A DNA stretch of 64,000 nt from Eledone cirrhosa (Eukaryota): positions 55,242,001 through 55,306,000 of the forward strand of contig OZ024742.1 of assembly GCA_964016885.1 (NCBI GenBank), given 5' to 3'. Position 1 is the first letter of the stretch; each line of letters starts with the position of its first letter. Below, piece by piece: positions 13,564 through 27,145 of this stretch. The position numbers were made by a program, and so were the translations under genes. The notes beneath the pieces are model-generated. The model was not told the DNA's origin, ran no database searches, and was given only the letters and a program-made list of their open reading frames with translations.

Positions 13564-13893
13564 TATATGTATCTCTATATATATAAAACGGAAGATGTGT
13601 CTGTGTGTGTGAATGATTTTTATGCATTTCCACATATCTCTCCTGATTTTGATGAATTTGTTTCCAATGTGCCCCAAATTTACCAACGATGGTCAACGCG
13701 TAATAAACTTTGCCAAATATTTCCTGCTTCTATGAAAGAAATCGATAAAGCTAAATACATGTTGTAAGCATCTCTCTTACACGCTTATTCATTCTCTCTA
13801 CTACCCAACAGCATCAAAATTTCGTTCAGGAACGCGACATAAACTTTGAAAACTAAGCAACACATCATTTTATACAACAAACATAGTCATAAC

Positions 13894-14214
13894 GCTCTCT
13901 CCGTCGCTCTTCCCTCTCTCTATAATAGATCATTCCCCCTCTCTATAATTTAGCTGCTTTACTCTCTTCATGCTTTGAGGTTTAACACACCTCCCTATAG
14001 TTTCTTAGGTTTAGTCTCTCCGTCGCTCTTCCCTCTCTCTATAATAGAGTATTCCCGCATTCTATAATTTAACTGCTTTACTCTCTGTCGTTCTTCACTC
14101 TCTATATGACAACACTGTTTTACACACCTCCATATTGTTTCTTAGCTTTACTCTCTCCATCGCTCTTCCCTCTCTCTATAATAGATTATTCCCCCTCTCT
14201 ATAATTTAACTGCT
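13894..14214 (+). repeat. Imperfect tandem repeat inside the Helitron (~120-140 bp period, ~3 copies)
   Basis: ctctctccgtcgctcttccctctctctataataga recurs at ~13895, ~14016 and ~14151. Confidence 0.8.
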
Positions 14215-14425
14215 GGGGAGTCATTGGACTTCCGTATTGACATATGGCTTTTCTGGGGTATTTTAAATCGGCTTATTGCAAATAACAACCCGCAAAATAA
14301 CACTTCATATAACAGATTAATGCTATAGACATATGAATCGGAATGTTTAAATTATTTATTTTTTACGACTTTCATTGGTTAAATATTAATATGACAACAC
14401 CCATAGTGTTGTACTTCTGGCAATT

Positions 14426-14703
14426 TTGCCGAATACACTGCCAAGGATGAAACTTTTCCCCTCGGCGTCAGATCTCCCGTTCGATTTCCGGCGATCCCAA
14501 TTGCCGGTGAGACCATGTTTTGCCATGTCCATTAACAAATCACAAGGGCAAACATTGTCGGTGGCGGGCATCCATTTGGGGGAGCCATGTTTCACCCATG
14601 GCCAACTTTATGTTGCCTGTTCCCGCGTAGGGAGCAGGAATGGATTTTTGCTTACACTCCTCAAGGGATGACACGCAATATCGTCTATAAAGAGGTGCTA
14701 TAG
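14426..14703 (+). pseudogene. Helitron RepHel C-terminal Pif1 helicase fragment
   Basis: LPFDFRRSQLPVRPCFAMSINKSQGQTL...CFTHGQLYVACSRVGS, then a frameshifted TRNIVYKEVL*. Confidence 0.9.
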
Positions 14704-15125
14704 ATGGTGTTGTAGGTGTTGGAGCTATGCCGTCTTGAAAACTATTTCCTGGTAGGGTCACCCATAGCGGACAGATCTGATATGCAGCGGCATCGGGGCC
14801 ACAATCTTGCAACTTTGGTCTGCAAAATTCGCTATTGAAAGATTATTAATCCATCATTGATTGTCAAAAATGCTAATTGGTTCGTAACTTTTAATAACCG
14901 GTTCAACTGCTTTATGCACTTAATTGATAAGCTTATTCGCTTTCAAGCCACGTTTACCTGTACGTAACTTTTCACAGCAAATGAACAAACCAGAGCAACG
15001 TCGAGCTAAACTGCTAGTATATCTATATATAACGAAGGAAGTGTGACGAGGAACCAGGTGGACCATAACGCACCAGAGTACATTATACTTAGGGTAGTAG
15101 AGTGGGTAATAGGAAAAGAGTCAGG

Positions 15126-15221
15126 ACCCCGATGGCTGAGCTCCAGCCGGTTCGGCAGCTAGGTATGAACTAACGCAGTAGTGTTACGACGGCAGTTGAC
15201 TCGCTGAACTTGTCAAGGGGT
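15126..15221 (-). ncRNA. Hammerhead, U3-A8 core, partly decayed (family D; element ~15029-15400)
   Basis: Minus strand: acccc-TTGACAA-long stem II-GAAC-cggc(tggagctca)gcca-TC/ggggt. Confidence 0.6.
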
Positions 15222-15428
15222 ATATTCCATATATGGCCATGCAATGAGATTGACATCTTACTCCCTCCCCTTGTTCTACAGGCAAGTCCAGCCACCCCCA
15301 CCCCCACCATCGCTATGAAGGAATTTAACTGTGTTTACAACATTCTTTGACCACTCCCCGTGACAGAAAGGAAAAACAACTTTTAGTATTGTTTGATATG
15401 ACTATATTTCTATGCTCTCATTGCATGC

Positions 15429-15462
<34 letters not shown>

Positions 15463-15474
15463 CTAAACTTTGAT

Positions 15475-15536
<62 letters not shown>

Positions 15537-15543
15537 TACACAC

Positions 15544-15585
<42 letters not shown>

Positions 15586-15597
15586 TTAATATAGATG

Positions 15598-15648
15598 AGA
15601 TTCTACAGGACTAGAACTGTTTCATTCATTAGAAATCATCAGGAGTCT
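15598..15648 (-). ncRNA. Type I hammerhead ribozyme, mirror of 17988-18038 (one stem I mismatch)
   Basis: Minus strand: agactc-CTGATGA-tttc(taat)gaat-GAAA-cag(ttctagtc)ctg-TA/gaatct. Confidence 0.75.
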
Positions 15649-16249
15649 GGGTATCAAAAAATAAATATGGTATTTATAGGTCTCTACAAGTGGTAGGAGA
15701 GGGTGGGGAGTGGGATGGGTGCAGGTCATTGGTTGATAGAAAAGGGAATTCATTAAAGGCTAATTCTACAAAGCTATAGTTTATTTTTATTTATTTATGT
15801 TTTTAGAGTAACAAGGGCAGACAGAATTCTATAAACAGGTTCCGGATGGCATGCCATTCCTTGTCATTAAGTTTCTCTTAAGCTAACAGATGTCTATAAA
15901 ATCAGTGGGGGGTCAGTCATGGTCGATAGAATTAAAGAAAAGGGAGATTCTTTAAAAGCTAAAATCATTAAGGTTCTACTAAGTGACAAAGGTCTAGAGA
16001 ATTCTGCAGACAGGTTCAAAATACTGAGTGCATATCTTACTATTATCTTCGAACTTCTCTTAAACTAATCAACTATATGCCAAAAATCAACAGACACATT
16101 CACAAAAAAACAAAAAATCACATACTCACTCACACACTTACGCACAACCATAAACACACACACAGACACATATACACACATATATAAAAATATAATCATG
16201 TACACACACATACATACATACATACATACATACATACATACATGCATAC

Positions 16250-16288
<39 letters not shown>

Positions 16289-16477
16289 AGTATATACACA
16301 CACATATATATACATATATACACATACACACACATATACACATACATACACACACACACACATATATACACAAATAAATACACTCACACGCATACATACA
16401 AACACAAATATACATGTGTATACACATACACACAAATACATATAGACATATATACATACACATACACAGACACATAT

Positions 16478-16531
<54 letters not shown>

Positions 16532-16557
16532 ACACATACATACATACACATGTACAC

Positions 16558-16600
<43 letters not shown>

Positions 16601-16910
16601 TACATGCACACACATATATATATATATATATAAAAAAAACATACACACACATATATATATACATATACACACACATACACACAAACACACACTCACATAT
16701 GTATACACATATACATATATATATATATACAATCATATATAACAACATACATATATACATACATACACATACATACACACATATATATATATATGTGTGT
16801 ATGTATGTGTATGTATGTATATATGTATATATGTATATGTGTATATATATGTGTGTGTGTGTTTGTGTGTATGTGTGTGTATATGTATATATATATGTGT
16901 GTGTATGGTT

Positions 16911-16948
<38 letters not shown>

Positions 16949-17017
16949 ATGTATGTGTGTGTATATATATATATATATATATGTATATATGTGTATATGT
17001 GTATGTATGTATGTGTG

Positions 17018-17093
<76 letters not shown>

Positions 17094-17289
17094 CGTGTAT
17101 ATGTGTCTGTGTATGTGTATATATATATATATATATATACACACATGTATATTTGTGTTTGTATGTATGCGTGTGAGTGTATTTATTTGTGTATATATGT
17201 GTGTGTGTGTGTATGTATGTGTATGTATGTGTATGTGTGTGTGTATGTGTATATATGTATATATATGTGTGTGTTTATATGTGTATATA

Positions 17290-17396
<107 letters not shown>

Positions 17397-17987
17397 GTGT
17401 ATGTATGTATGTGTGTGTACATGATTATATTTTTATATATGTGTGTGTGTTTTTATGTGTGTATATGTGTCTGTGTGTGTGTTTATGGTTGTGCGTAAGT
17501 GTGTGAGTGAGTATGTGTTTTTTTGTTTTTTTGTGAATGTGTCTGTTGATTTTTGGCATATAGTTGATTAGTTTAAGAGAAGTTCGAAGATAATAGTAAG
17601 ATATGCACTCAGTATTTTGAACCTGTCTGCAGAATTCTCTAGACCTTTGTCACTTAGTAGAACCTTAATGATTTTAGCTTTTAAAGAATCTCCCTTTTCT
17701 TTAATTCTATCGACCATGACTGACCCCCCACTGATTTTATAGACATCTGTTAGCTTAAGAGAAACTTAATGACAAGGAATGGTATGCCATCCGGAACCTG
17801 TTTATAGAATTCTGTCTGCCCTTGTTACTCTAAAAACATAAATAAATAAAAATAAACTATAGCTTTGTAGAATTAGCCTTTAATGAATTCCCTTTTCTAT
17901 CAACCAATGACCTGCACCCATCCCACTCCCCACCCTCTCCTACCACTTGTAGAGACCTATAAATACCATATTTATTTTTTGATACCC

Positions 17988-18038
17988 AGATTCCTGATGA
18001 TTTCTAATGAATGAAACAGTTCTAGTCCTGTAGAATCT
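17988..18038 (+). ncRNA. Type I hammerhead ribozyme (family E)
   Basis: agattc-CTGATGA-t-ttc(taat)gaa-t-GAAA-cag(ttctagtc)ctg-TA/gaatct; all three stems pair; GUA site. Confidence 0.85.
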
Positions 18039-18120
18039 CATCTATATTAAAACTTTTATACTCTGCTATGTATTGAGTACCTTACTTACTGTGGTTACCT
18101 CCGATTCAACCCGGAATAAC

Positions 18121-18165
<45 letters not shown>

Positions 18166-18292
18166 AAAGTTCTATTTAAATTGTTGGGATACAAGAAGCA
18201 AATATTTTTATAACTGATATAAAGCACTCGACAAGTATTTGGAGTAAATGTACGATATTAACAAATGGAAACTATATTTATAAAACCATATT

Positions 18293-18357
18293 TATTTTAT
18301 TATACATATTTCAAGGGTACCATGTTAAATTATGGTATGCCTTCATCAGACAAAATA
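18293..18357 (-). ncRNA. Type I hammerhead ribozyme (family F), mirror copy
   Basis: Reverse complement of 18776-18840 with one stem II change. Confidence 0.8.
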
Positions 18358-18775
18358 CAATATATACCAATTTTATAAATAAACATTGACGTGCCCTTTC
18401 AAAATGCAACCGTTACTTTTGGAAGACATCAGGATAGTCGGTTTGTTTACCAGACAGAGAGAAAAAATCAAGAGAGAGAAATATAGAGATAGAGATATTT
18501 CTCTATATTTCTCTCTCTGTCTGGTGCTTTGATATCTCTCTGTTGTTTTTCTCTGTTTTCTTTTTTTCTTTTTTCTTTCTTCTTTTTCTTTATTTATCTC
18601 TCCCTTCCTTTCTCCACTTTTCTCTCTCTCGGTTTCTCTCTCTCCGTCTTTTTCCTTCTCCTTAACACAACGACTTACTAAAATAAACAAACCCACTATC
18701 CTGATATCTTCCAAAAGTAACGGTTGCATTTTGAAAGGGTACGTCAATGATTATTTATAATACTGGTATATATTG

Positions 18776-18840
18776 TATTTTGTCTGATGAAGGCATACCA
18801 TAATTTAACATGGTATCCTTGAAATATGTATAATAAAATA
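18776..18840 (+). ncRNA. Type I hammerhead ribozyme (family F)
   Basis: tattttgt-CTGATGA-agg-c-atacca(taatttaaca)tggtat-c-ctt-GAAA-tatgta-TA/ataaaata. Confidence 0.85.
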
Positions 18841-18880
18841 AATATGGTTTTATAAATTTAGTTTCCATTTGTTAATATCG

Positions 18881-18921
<41 letters not shown>

Positions 18922-19027
18922 ATATCAGGATAGAACAAGTTAAAAACTAGTTAAGCTACTATTCAACAGAGTAGTCGATACTTAGGTTATTAGAGTATGG
19001 CAATAATATAAATAGTAGGAACCCGAC

Positions 19028-19092
19028 GGCTGAGCTCTTGCGTTTCAACAGCTAGTTGTGGAACCAGCTGTTGAAACAGCAAGAGCTCAGCC
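19028..19092. repeat. Short fold-back terminating a family D-related PLE 3' fragment (~18926-19092)
   Basis: ggctgagctcttgcgtttcaacagct...agctgttgaaacagcaagagctcagcc. Confidence 0.75.
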
Positions 19093-19858
19093 TGTGTATT
19101 TAGATATTATGACTCTTGTACTCTAGAAGAAATTGCCCTTTTTACGCACATCTTTGAGCCCCTCGGAGACGCTTTGTTATATGGTTGATTCAAATACACA
19201 ATGGCATCCGAATCCCTAAATATATAATATACAGACAAATATTATTATTGTTTCTACCAAATTATCATAGCTTGTGTACACTCTCTCTTAACAATTCTAA
19301 TGCCTCACGGACGTATAGATCCTACAATAATGTTTTCTATTTACCTTTCCGACATTTATTATAATCTAGCAACGAGTAGTTATTTCATTTTTATTTTCTA
19401 CATATTCTGTGGTAGTGATACTGTTAGGATAAAGTTCTCCCAATTTGCAATACGATTGGGGCAAAACGCATAATTTGATTTGATAAAAAATAATCACTTT
19501 AAGAATTAGTATTTGGAATTTTAAAATCTCAGCAATTTGTTTCCCCCATTTGTTGCAAACCATATTTTGGAAAGAATCAAGGTTAACCAAATCAATATAT
19601 ATATGTAGTGTACTATAATTTATGTTGCACAATATAAATTAGATTTGTCTTACGAAATGCCACCTGGATTAAATTAAACTTAGTTGCTTGAAGGTAAATT
19701 AAAAACTTTGTATGTTAAATGTATATCAAGATTCTCCCTAAATATCTCATAAAATGAATAATATTTTAAGTTAAAATTACATTTAGCTAATTTCAATTAG
19801 GATTCAGGAATTTTTTTTTTATAATCTAGTGTATGCAAGTACTGTATTCTATGGTATT

Positions 19859-20045
19859 GTGGATTGGCAGTATCGGTAGAGGATCGGACGCCATGCTTTG
19901 CAGCAAAGAGTTACGGCCCTTTATAATCTGAGTTCAAATCCCGCCGAGGTTAACTTTGCCTTTCATCCTTATGGGATCGATAAAATAAAGTATCAGTAAT
20001 ACACTGGGATAATTGCTGGCCTTGTGCCAAAAGTAGAAACAATCA
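19859..20045 (+). mobile_element. tRNA-derived SINE
   Basis: Same family as 4710-4892. Confidence 0.88.
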
Positions 20046-21180
20046 TAATAGTGGATATAGAGAATGTGTAGGCTTATATTGAACGGCGACTAATGGGTTA
20101 AGAAGAATCAAAGTGAATTGTATATTATCTTTTTTCTCCTGGACGTTATATGGTACAAAGAAAATGCAGTAATCTTTGTTAGATAGATGTACTTGTTTCT
20201 CAGCCATGAAATCATGCACTTGTACGTGGTAACGTAATAATCGAGATTATAGGTCCTATATGGACTGACACCCCAGCGAATTTATTTAACAATACACATT
20301 TTTGCTGCTCATAATATAGTATTCGTCTTCCCCTTCAGGTATACTACTGAATATTAAACTAAAATTGCCTCCTAAATGTAAGCAATTTCATAATACCACT
20401 CAACTGAATTTCAATAATATTTATGAAATGTTTAATTCTTGAGTCGTCTCTCAGTATAATTGACTTTAATAAATTATAATGCATTTTAAGATTTATTTAG
20501 GTTATATTAATTTAATTAAAGAGCCTTTTATTTAATTAAAGTAGAATCTTGTCTCAAATTCACTTAGCTTTAATTTCATTTGAAATTATTCAACGAAATT
20601 TATTTAAACTCCGAAAGGTTGAGTTTAGATTAATGATATGATGTTGTATATAAGTTGGTCTAATTCAATAAACGATCACCATCGATGGTGTATGTGATAA
20701 AAGGCAAGGTGATGATTTTCATGTTACTTTAAAGGTGATAAAATGCTGCAAGTGTAGCATTTAGTTGTAAACCAGAATCTATAAATGTCTAGTTTATTCT
20801 TTTATTTTATTTTTTAATTCATACTATATTATAGGAAAGGATGTAACTTATGTAAGATATTCATAGTGAAGTTGCTGTTTGCACTCATTCATACCAATTA
20901 TTTTAAGTATCACAATGGAGATAAAGAATTGGTTCTTGGCGTTTAAAGTAAAGGGGCATTTTAAACGTAGAACTACTGATTTAATAAATATTAAACCCTA
21001 CACATTATAACTAATTAACCTGTATGGGTACGAATTTAAAATTACTTGATTCTGATTCTCCTTACTAAATATCTTCAATATACACACATACGCGTATATA
21101 TATATATATGCGTGTGTGTGTGTATGTGTATGTGTATGTGCGTGTGTGTGCGCGTCTGTCTCTCTCTGTGCGTGTGTATG

Positions 21181-21215
<35 letters not shown>

Positions 21216-21224
21216 ATGTGTGTA

Positions 21225-23100
21225 GAATATTAATTTGAGTTTGTGTTACTTAATTAGTGACACTTCATTATGCAGAGTGGAGCACTCGACGAAGTGTGCA
21301 AGTGGGTTTGTTTACAACGGAGTGTATTTATAAACAACTGAAAGTCAACAGGTTAAAATTACCTTCGTTTATTCATTATCGCTGATATATGTATTTCAGT
21401 GATAAAAATTATACAATAGCTATGACCTCATCAGCCCGCTAGAATTTGAACAGAAAAACATAACTATGAAATTAAGCTTCTGTTATTTCGATATTTTGAT
21501 ATGCTACTTGCTGAAATATGCAACCGGTGCTTTGAAAATCAACATGTCTACACACAAGCATGGATAGATACAAACATCTATAAATATGAACATACAAGTT
21601 CCAATTCGTGCATATATATGCCAGGGTCAGGTAGCTGTATGGATGCTGTGTTGAGTGTGGGGGAGTGGATCATGAGGGTTGGTTTAGTGGGAATGAGTAA
21701 AAGATATAAAGTGAAGTAGATTAAAATTAAAGAGTTAAGTTCGATGAAGATTATGGGAATATAGAGGAGCTATGGTGGGTGAATGAGTGAGTTGTGCTGT
21801 GGTGGTATGTGTGTTATGTAAATGAAGTATATTGCATATATAACTTATGGAATTATAAATACTATAAAGTTTATGGAAGTTATATATGATGATGATAGTT
21901 GTGGTGTGGGTGTTAGCCACATATAAGATATAAGGTGCGAGGAATAAATAAAGGAACGAACAAATGAAAAATGGAGAGGGGAAATAAAAAGATCGAAAAT
22001 AAAAAGTTGAAAAGTTCGACCGATGACAAAAAATGATAAATGGACAGAAAGGGAGAAAAGAAATTAAAAATTAAAAAAATATATATATTTTTTCAATTAA
22101 AATATTAAAAAAAATTCAAAAATAAAAAATATAATAAATATAATATGAAATAATATATGATATGAATTAATCTGTAAAGATTAGAAGAATATAAAGATGG
22201 TGTAGGTCATGGAATAAGGGATTGTGGAATATGATGTATGACATATGACATATACTACATACTAGTGGTGAAATATATGAAACAGATCGTTTTTGATGCT
22301 GGTATACCCACAGTTAGTATGGCTTAGTGGTTAGCAGTGGATACCGAAATATAGAGTCTATACGGTGCGGGCTGAGGGTGTTGTCGGATATTAACACAAT
22401 CTGTTACACATCGTTTTCGTGTTGGTAATCCGTTGGGGTAGTGGGTTATCCAGTGTACTGTCAAATAAGTAATGTTTGGAGTGACACAAGCAGAACATTT
22501 TTCTGTGTAAACAAGCGGACAGTGTTTCCTCTCGAGAGTTCAACGTGTTAGTTGATGAGGCTAAGCATTTAGTTTTTCAGTTGAACATAATTGGGAACTC
22601 ATGCCACGTCCGTAGTAAGCTTTCGCCTTTCCCACAATACTCTATTTGATGGTAAGGAATGTCATCCGCTGTCTTTCAATTACCGAATATATTTTACAGA
22701 GATGATGAATTCTGCAATCGTCTGTTATTGAATGTATACAGGTGTTGTGAAAAGCGGGATTTAAATGTATTTTCAGTCAGTCTAATGTAATTCTACTTTA
22801 AATAATAGCTCTGTGGACAGGTTTTTATTTGAAGATGTTTTATCAAATCTTCGGAGAGAGCAATTGTGATTATTCCAGCGACTTTTAAATTCTGTAGAAG
22901 TTGCACCGACATAGTTAAATATATTATCACTAGTTTTAACTGTACATGTATAGACCACGTCCTTATCTAAACACTTATTTTGCAAAAGACAGTTTGATTT
23001 AATTCTACAGTTACATTTTGCGGAGTTGTTCGGAACGGTACTATTATGTTGGATATTGCTAGAGATATTACTGCTATTTTGGTTATTTTGGTTAGGGTTT
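21225..23100 (-). mobile_element. 5'-truncated PLE: GIY-YIG fragment, C-terminus and long 3' region with hammerhead
   Basis: KCNCRIKSNCLLQNKCLDKDVVYTCTVKT...YVGATSTEFKSRWNNH (22782-23020); TLNSREETLSACLHRK at ~22500-22550 is typical of a PLE C-terminus; hammerhead at 21380-21440. Confidence 0.8.
21380..21440 (-). ncRNA. Type I hammerhead ribozyme with a partly decayed stem I
   Basis: Minus strand: agcggg-CTGATGA-ggt-c-ata...tat-c-act-GAAA-tacata-TA/tcagcg. Confidence 0.65.
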
Positions 23101-23505
23101 AAATTTCTATTATTTATTCTATTTATATTTTGTGCTAACCAAAATAACCAAAATAGCAGTAATATCTTAAACAACTAATAATCGTAAATACACGTACTAT
23201 TAAGATATATACTTAGAATATATTTCCCTCAAATTAACGTTATATGAGTTTTTATTCATCTTCTCTTGTTTCTTTCTTCTATCTCTCTCTCTCTCTCGCA
23301 CTAGTTTATCCTTCTCAGCTTCTCTCTTCTCTCTCTCTCTCCATAGTCGTTTAAATAAACGGTTGTTTTTCAATTATTTACATATTCATCTGCATATTCA
23401 CACATAAGTTTGAAAAATCCCTAATATATTTCCACTATCCAGTGAATTTCCAACCGATAAGGTATGACTATCATGAGTATGTCTCTATTTATAAAACAAA
23501 CTTTA

Positions 23506-23568
23506 TATTTTATCTGATGAAAGCGTACCAATGTGTCCTGGTACCCTTGAAATATATATAATAAAATA
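23506..23568 (+). ncRNA. Type I hammerhead ribozyme (family F relative; element ~23135-23612)
   Basis: tattttat-CTGATGA-aag-c-gtacca(atgtgtcc)tggtac-c-ctt-GAAA-tatata-TA/ataaaata; compensatory change relative to the 18776 copy. Confidence 0.88.
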
Positions 23569-23734
23569 AATATGCTTTTATAAATATAGTTTCCATTTAT
23601 TTAATATCATTGTATATATATATATATATACAATATATTTACTCTTGATTGACCAGAGGTGTTTATTTCCATGTACGTTATGAATTTGACTTTCCGTATT
23701 TATTACTGTTGTGAGATATTGTGGCTTTTTTTGG

Positions 23735-24150
23735 TTGTAACTTCTCTGTTTTTTAGCCTAGGAAGATATTTATATATATGCCTACGTATATAATTACATG
23801 CATATATGTATTTATTTTCTTTTATTAATTGAGTTCTTTACACGAGGAATTAATATTGGTTTTGAAATAACTAATTAACCCGCGTGTGTTTTATATTTTA
23901 CTCTTAATAATTCGGCCGGAGAATTATATTCCCATTTGCCCTTTATAGCATAACTTTCTGCATTTACTGCGGTTATGAGAAGCGGTTCTTATTCGGGTAC
24001 AACTTCTGATTTAGCCTAAGAAAATATCTATATGCGTGTGTAATTTATACAAGAATATATTTATTTTTTTATTTTCAATTGAGTTCTTAAACATGTTGGA
24101 TTGATAATGTTTTCAAAAAAACTAATTAACCCGCGTGTATATTATTTTTT
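23735..24150 (+). repeat. Diverged direct repeat, ~250-260 bp period
   Basis: ttagcctaggaagatat...aattgagttctt...actaattaacccgcgtgt occurs twice. Confidence 0.7.
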
Positions 24151-24633
24151 TCCTCATTTCGTGAGTTGTCTCCCCTTCCCGCTTCGTGTCGCTATGATAC
24201 TTCCTCAGTCAAAAACTGCTGGAATTTCAAATTTGGCGGTCATTCGAGGTGGGAGAGAGTAAATTTACGGACATGATTTTTGACAGCGGTAAGAAATTAT
24301 TTTCTTATATCAATGTTTAATGGGCTTCCACTGATGATTTATAAGTGCCCACCTAAATATATTCTTACATGAATATATATTAGGCTTCTACATAAACTGG
24401 AAACATTCTCCCAAACTTGTAGAAAACTTATAATGAAACAATTGTTTGGAAAGAGAGATATACTTTAACTTTAATTATATCTCATAAAATAATACAACTG
24501 GTTTTTCCACATTATACATATTGTTAGCACCCCAAACACTTAATTTGGGTTTATATTTTAATATAACCTAATGTTTGTTGAGTGAGATGGTTACCAGTCA
24601 GAGTTTAGCTTTAAACTATCTCTGTTATTGTAT

Positions 24634-24697
<64 letters not shown>

Positions 24698-24755
24698 TCT
24701 GTATATAAATATGTTTATATATATAGAGTGTTATATATATGTATATATATATATG

Positions 24756-24817
<62 letters not shown>

Positions 24818-24947
24818 AGTGTGTATATATGTATTTATATATATATACATACATATATGCGTGTTTGTTTGTGTTTGTTTGAGTGTGTGTGTTTGTATGT
24901 GTGTATGTGTGTCTGTCTATGTGTATATATATCTATATCTATCTATC

Positions 24948-24991
<44 letters not shown>

Positions 24992-25632
24992 TGGCCATTG
25001 ACTCTGATGAAATCCTCCACCTTTTCCTCCGACTGGCCTTGTTTTTCATCCTGCAGGATGTCCAGAATCATTTTCTTCGCAAAACAAGTAATCAATAGAT
25101 TATCGTCAGTTACATCTTACCAGTAGTGCTCGGGAGCGACCTGACTATGCACTTTCGTAGGGCTTGGACTGATGTACTCGGTCTTCAGAAGATAAAACGA
25201 AGAGACTGGTTTGTTCACAATGAGTTTGTAATTGCTTTGCTAATTAAATAGAAAAGCTAGCTGTACATATTATATATTTGTCTATAAATTCTTCCATTTT
25301 GGTGCAGTCTCAGTTAAATACACTGTATTTATACAGATATAACTTTATCATATTCTTCGGCTACAAGCGCTCTTCTTACTATATATCTTAGTAATGAAAA
25401 CTAGCGCTAATTATATGCAAATGAATACGTTTATTTCAGAATAATACTAAAAGTGAAATATACCCATCAAATACATGCTTCTTTGTTTATTGATGATAAA
25501 TACAACTTTCTTATTAGATTACAAGAAAGAACAGGACACAAACTTATCTTGAACGAACAGTGAAAAGACATACTACAAATAGATATAACTGTGTGCGTGT
25601 GTGTGGGAATGTGAGTGTACAAATATATACTT

Positions 25633-25674
<42 letters not shown>

Positions 25675-26000
25675 GTGTGTGTGTGTATGCGTGTGTCTGT
25701 GTGCGTGCGCGTGTATGTGTATGTTTGTGTGTATGTATGTGAGTGTGTATTTATATATATATATATATATATATATAAATTAATTTGTATTTATATCGTG
25801 TGATTTGAATACAAAATTTGTTACAATTAAAGTAAACACCGTACTTGTAGTTTTATATTCATATTATACACGACATCATGGTGCCCTCAGTTTAAAAATG
25901 AAAACACAACTTTTTTAGACTACGGATAATGTCGCTATGTTTCAAAGTACAGAATGGAAAAATTAAACAGATGACATGTTAAAACACAACTGTGGGCAAT

Positions 26001-26188
26001 AATTGTTTCTACTATTGGTACAAAGCCAACAATTACCCCAGTACATTACTGATACTTTATTTTATCGACCCCCGTAAGGATGAAAGGCAAAGAGAACCTC
26101 CGCGGGATTTGGACTGACACCATAAAGGGGCGTAACTCTAAGCTGCAAAGCATGGCGTCCGACCTTCTACTGATACTGCCAATCCCCC
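26001..26188 (-). mobile_element. tRNA-derived SINE (internal deletion)
   Basis: Reverse complement of the 4710 family. Confidence 0.85.
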
Positions 26189-27145
26189 ACCATGAAATCA
26201 GCAATAACATAATTACATACCTAGCCTTTACAACTAATGTTTTCTCAATTATTCACACTTATCAAAATGTCACGAACTAAAAATATTACCCATAAATTTT
26301 CATTACTTTAAATTAGTGAAATATGAATTTGCTCTTTAACTGGAAATGTTGTACACATAATTTTATTTATTGGTTTCTATGATTTGCAAGCCTGGCTGCT
26401 GTTGCATTATTCCCATTGTAGGCATTGCTATATTAATATAAACACTTAATAACATGTTATGCTTAGCCATATAGAGACAAGGCTTACTTTATAGTAGGCA
26501 ATGATTTTATGAGTAGAAGTTTGCTAACTCTTCTGATTTAATCACTATTAGATAACGGATTTTGCAGAGAGAGACAAACATATAAATGCAGACTCATTTA
26601 CGTTGCTGGGGATCTATATGATAAAATATCTTAATAAACGCTGCAAAGTGGTTGGTGTTAGAAAGAACATCCAGCAGTAAGAGCGTGCCAAACTGATATG
26701 GCCCTAAATTTGTGTCAAAATACATGTCTCTTGTGCACACGATAGAACGTATGACCATACGTAAACAGAAATCACGATCGGCCCGGGGAGTCAGTGCTGA
26801 TACACCTGCAAGTAGACTGATTTTTAAATGATGACTATATATATATATATGTATATATATATAATGTATGATTTTGTGAGTTTCATATCGAGTAGTAATA
26901 ATATTCGATTTGTTGGCAAGCAAACTCACTCATTTCCCTATGATTTTTAGATGACCATCGCCATGACAATAACAATTGACAATAATATTTTTTCTGGGTT
27001 ATTGCACCTTAACAAGATTGTGTATAACTCTCCTCTTACTCACTTGGACTCTTGAGAATATATAGTATTCTCTAATATATACATCGGCTGAGTAGTCTAA
27101 TTTGCATACCAAGCGATTGTTTGTTCATATATATATATATATATA

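Larger units (their letters stand above)
13572..15017 (+). mobile_element. Non-autonomous Helitron
   Basis: Starts a|TCtctatatatataaaacgg and ends gcaacgtcgagctaaactgCTAG|t, i.e. inserted between A and T; carries the C-terminal part of a Pif1-family helicase. Confidence 0.85.
18251..18882. repeat. Inverted repeat with 199-bp arms (18251-18449 and 18684-18882); spacer contains a nested hairpin
   Basis: tacgatattaacaaatggaaact... is mirrored by ...agtttccatttgttaatatcgta; ccagacagagag:ctctctgtctgg in the spacer; (TA)n flanks. Confidence 0.92.

Noticed and set aside
24991-25200. Minus-strand peptide [27 protein letters not shown] and nearby CTGATGA/CTGAAGA words
   Set aside because: Short, bounded by a stop and a microsatellite, no recognisable family or splice context, and no hammerhead stems.
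26640-26820. Possible old SINE or RTE-derived fragment (ggttggtgttagaaagaacatccagc)
   Set aside because: Single diverged copy in the window; recognition from memory only.
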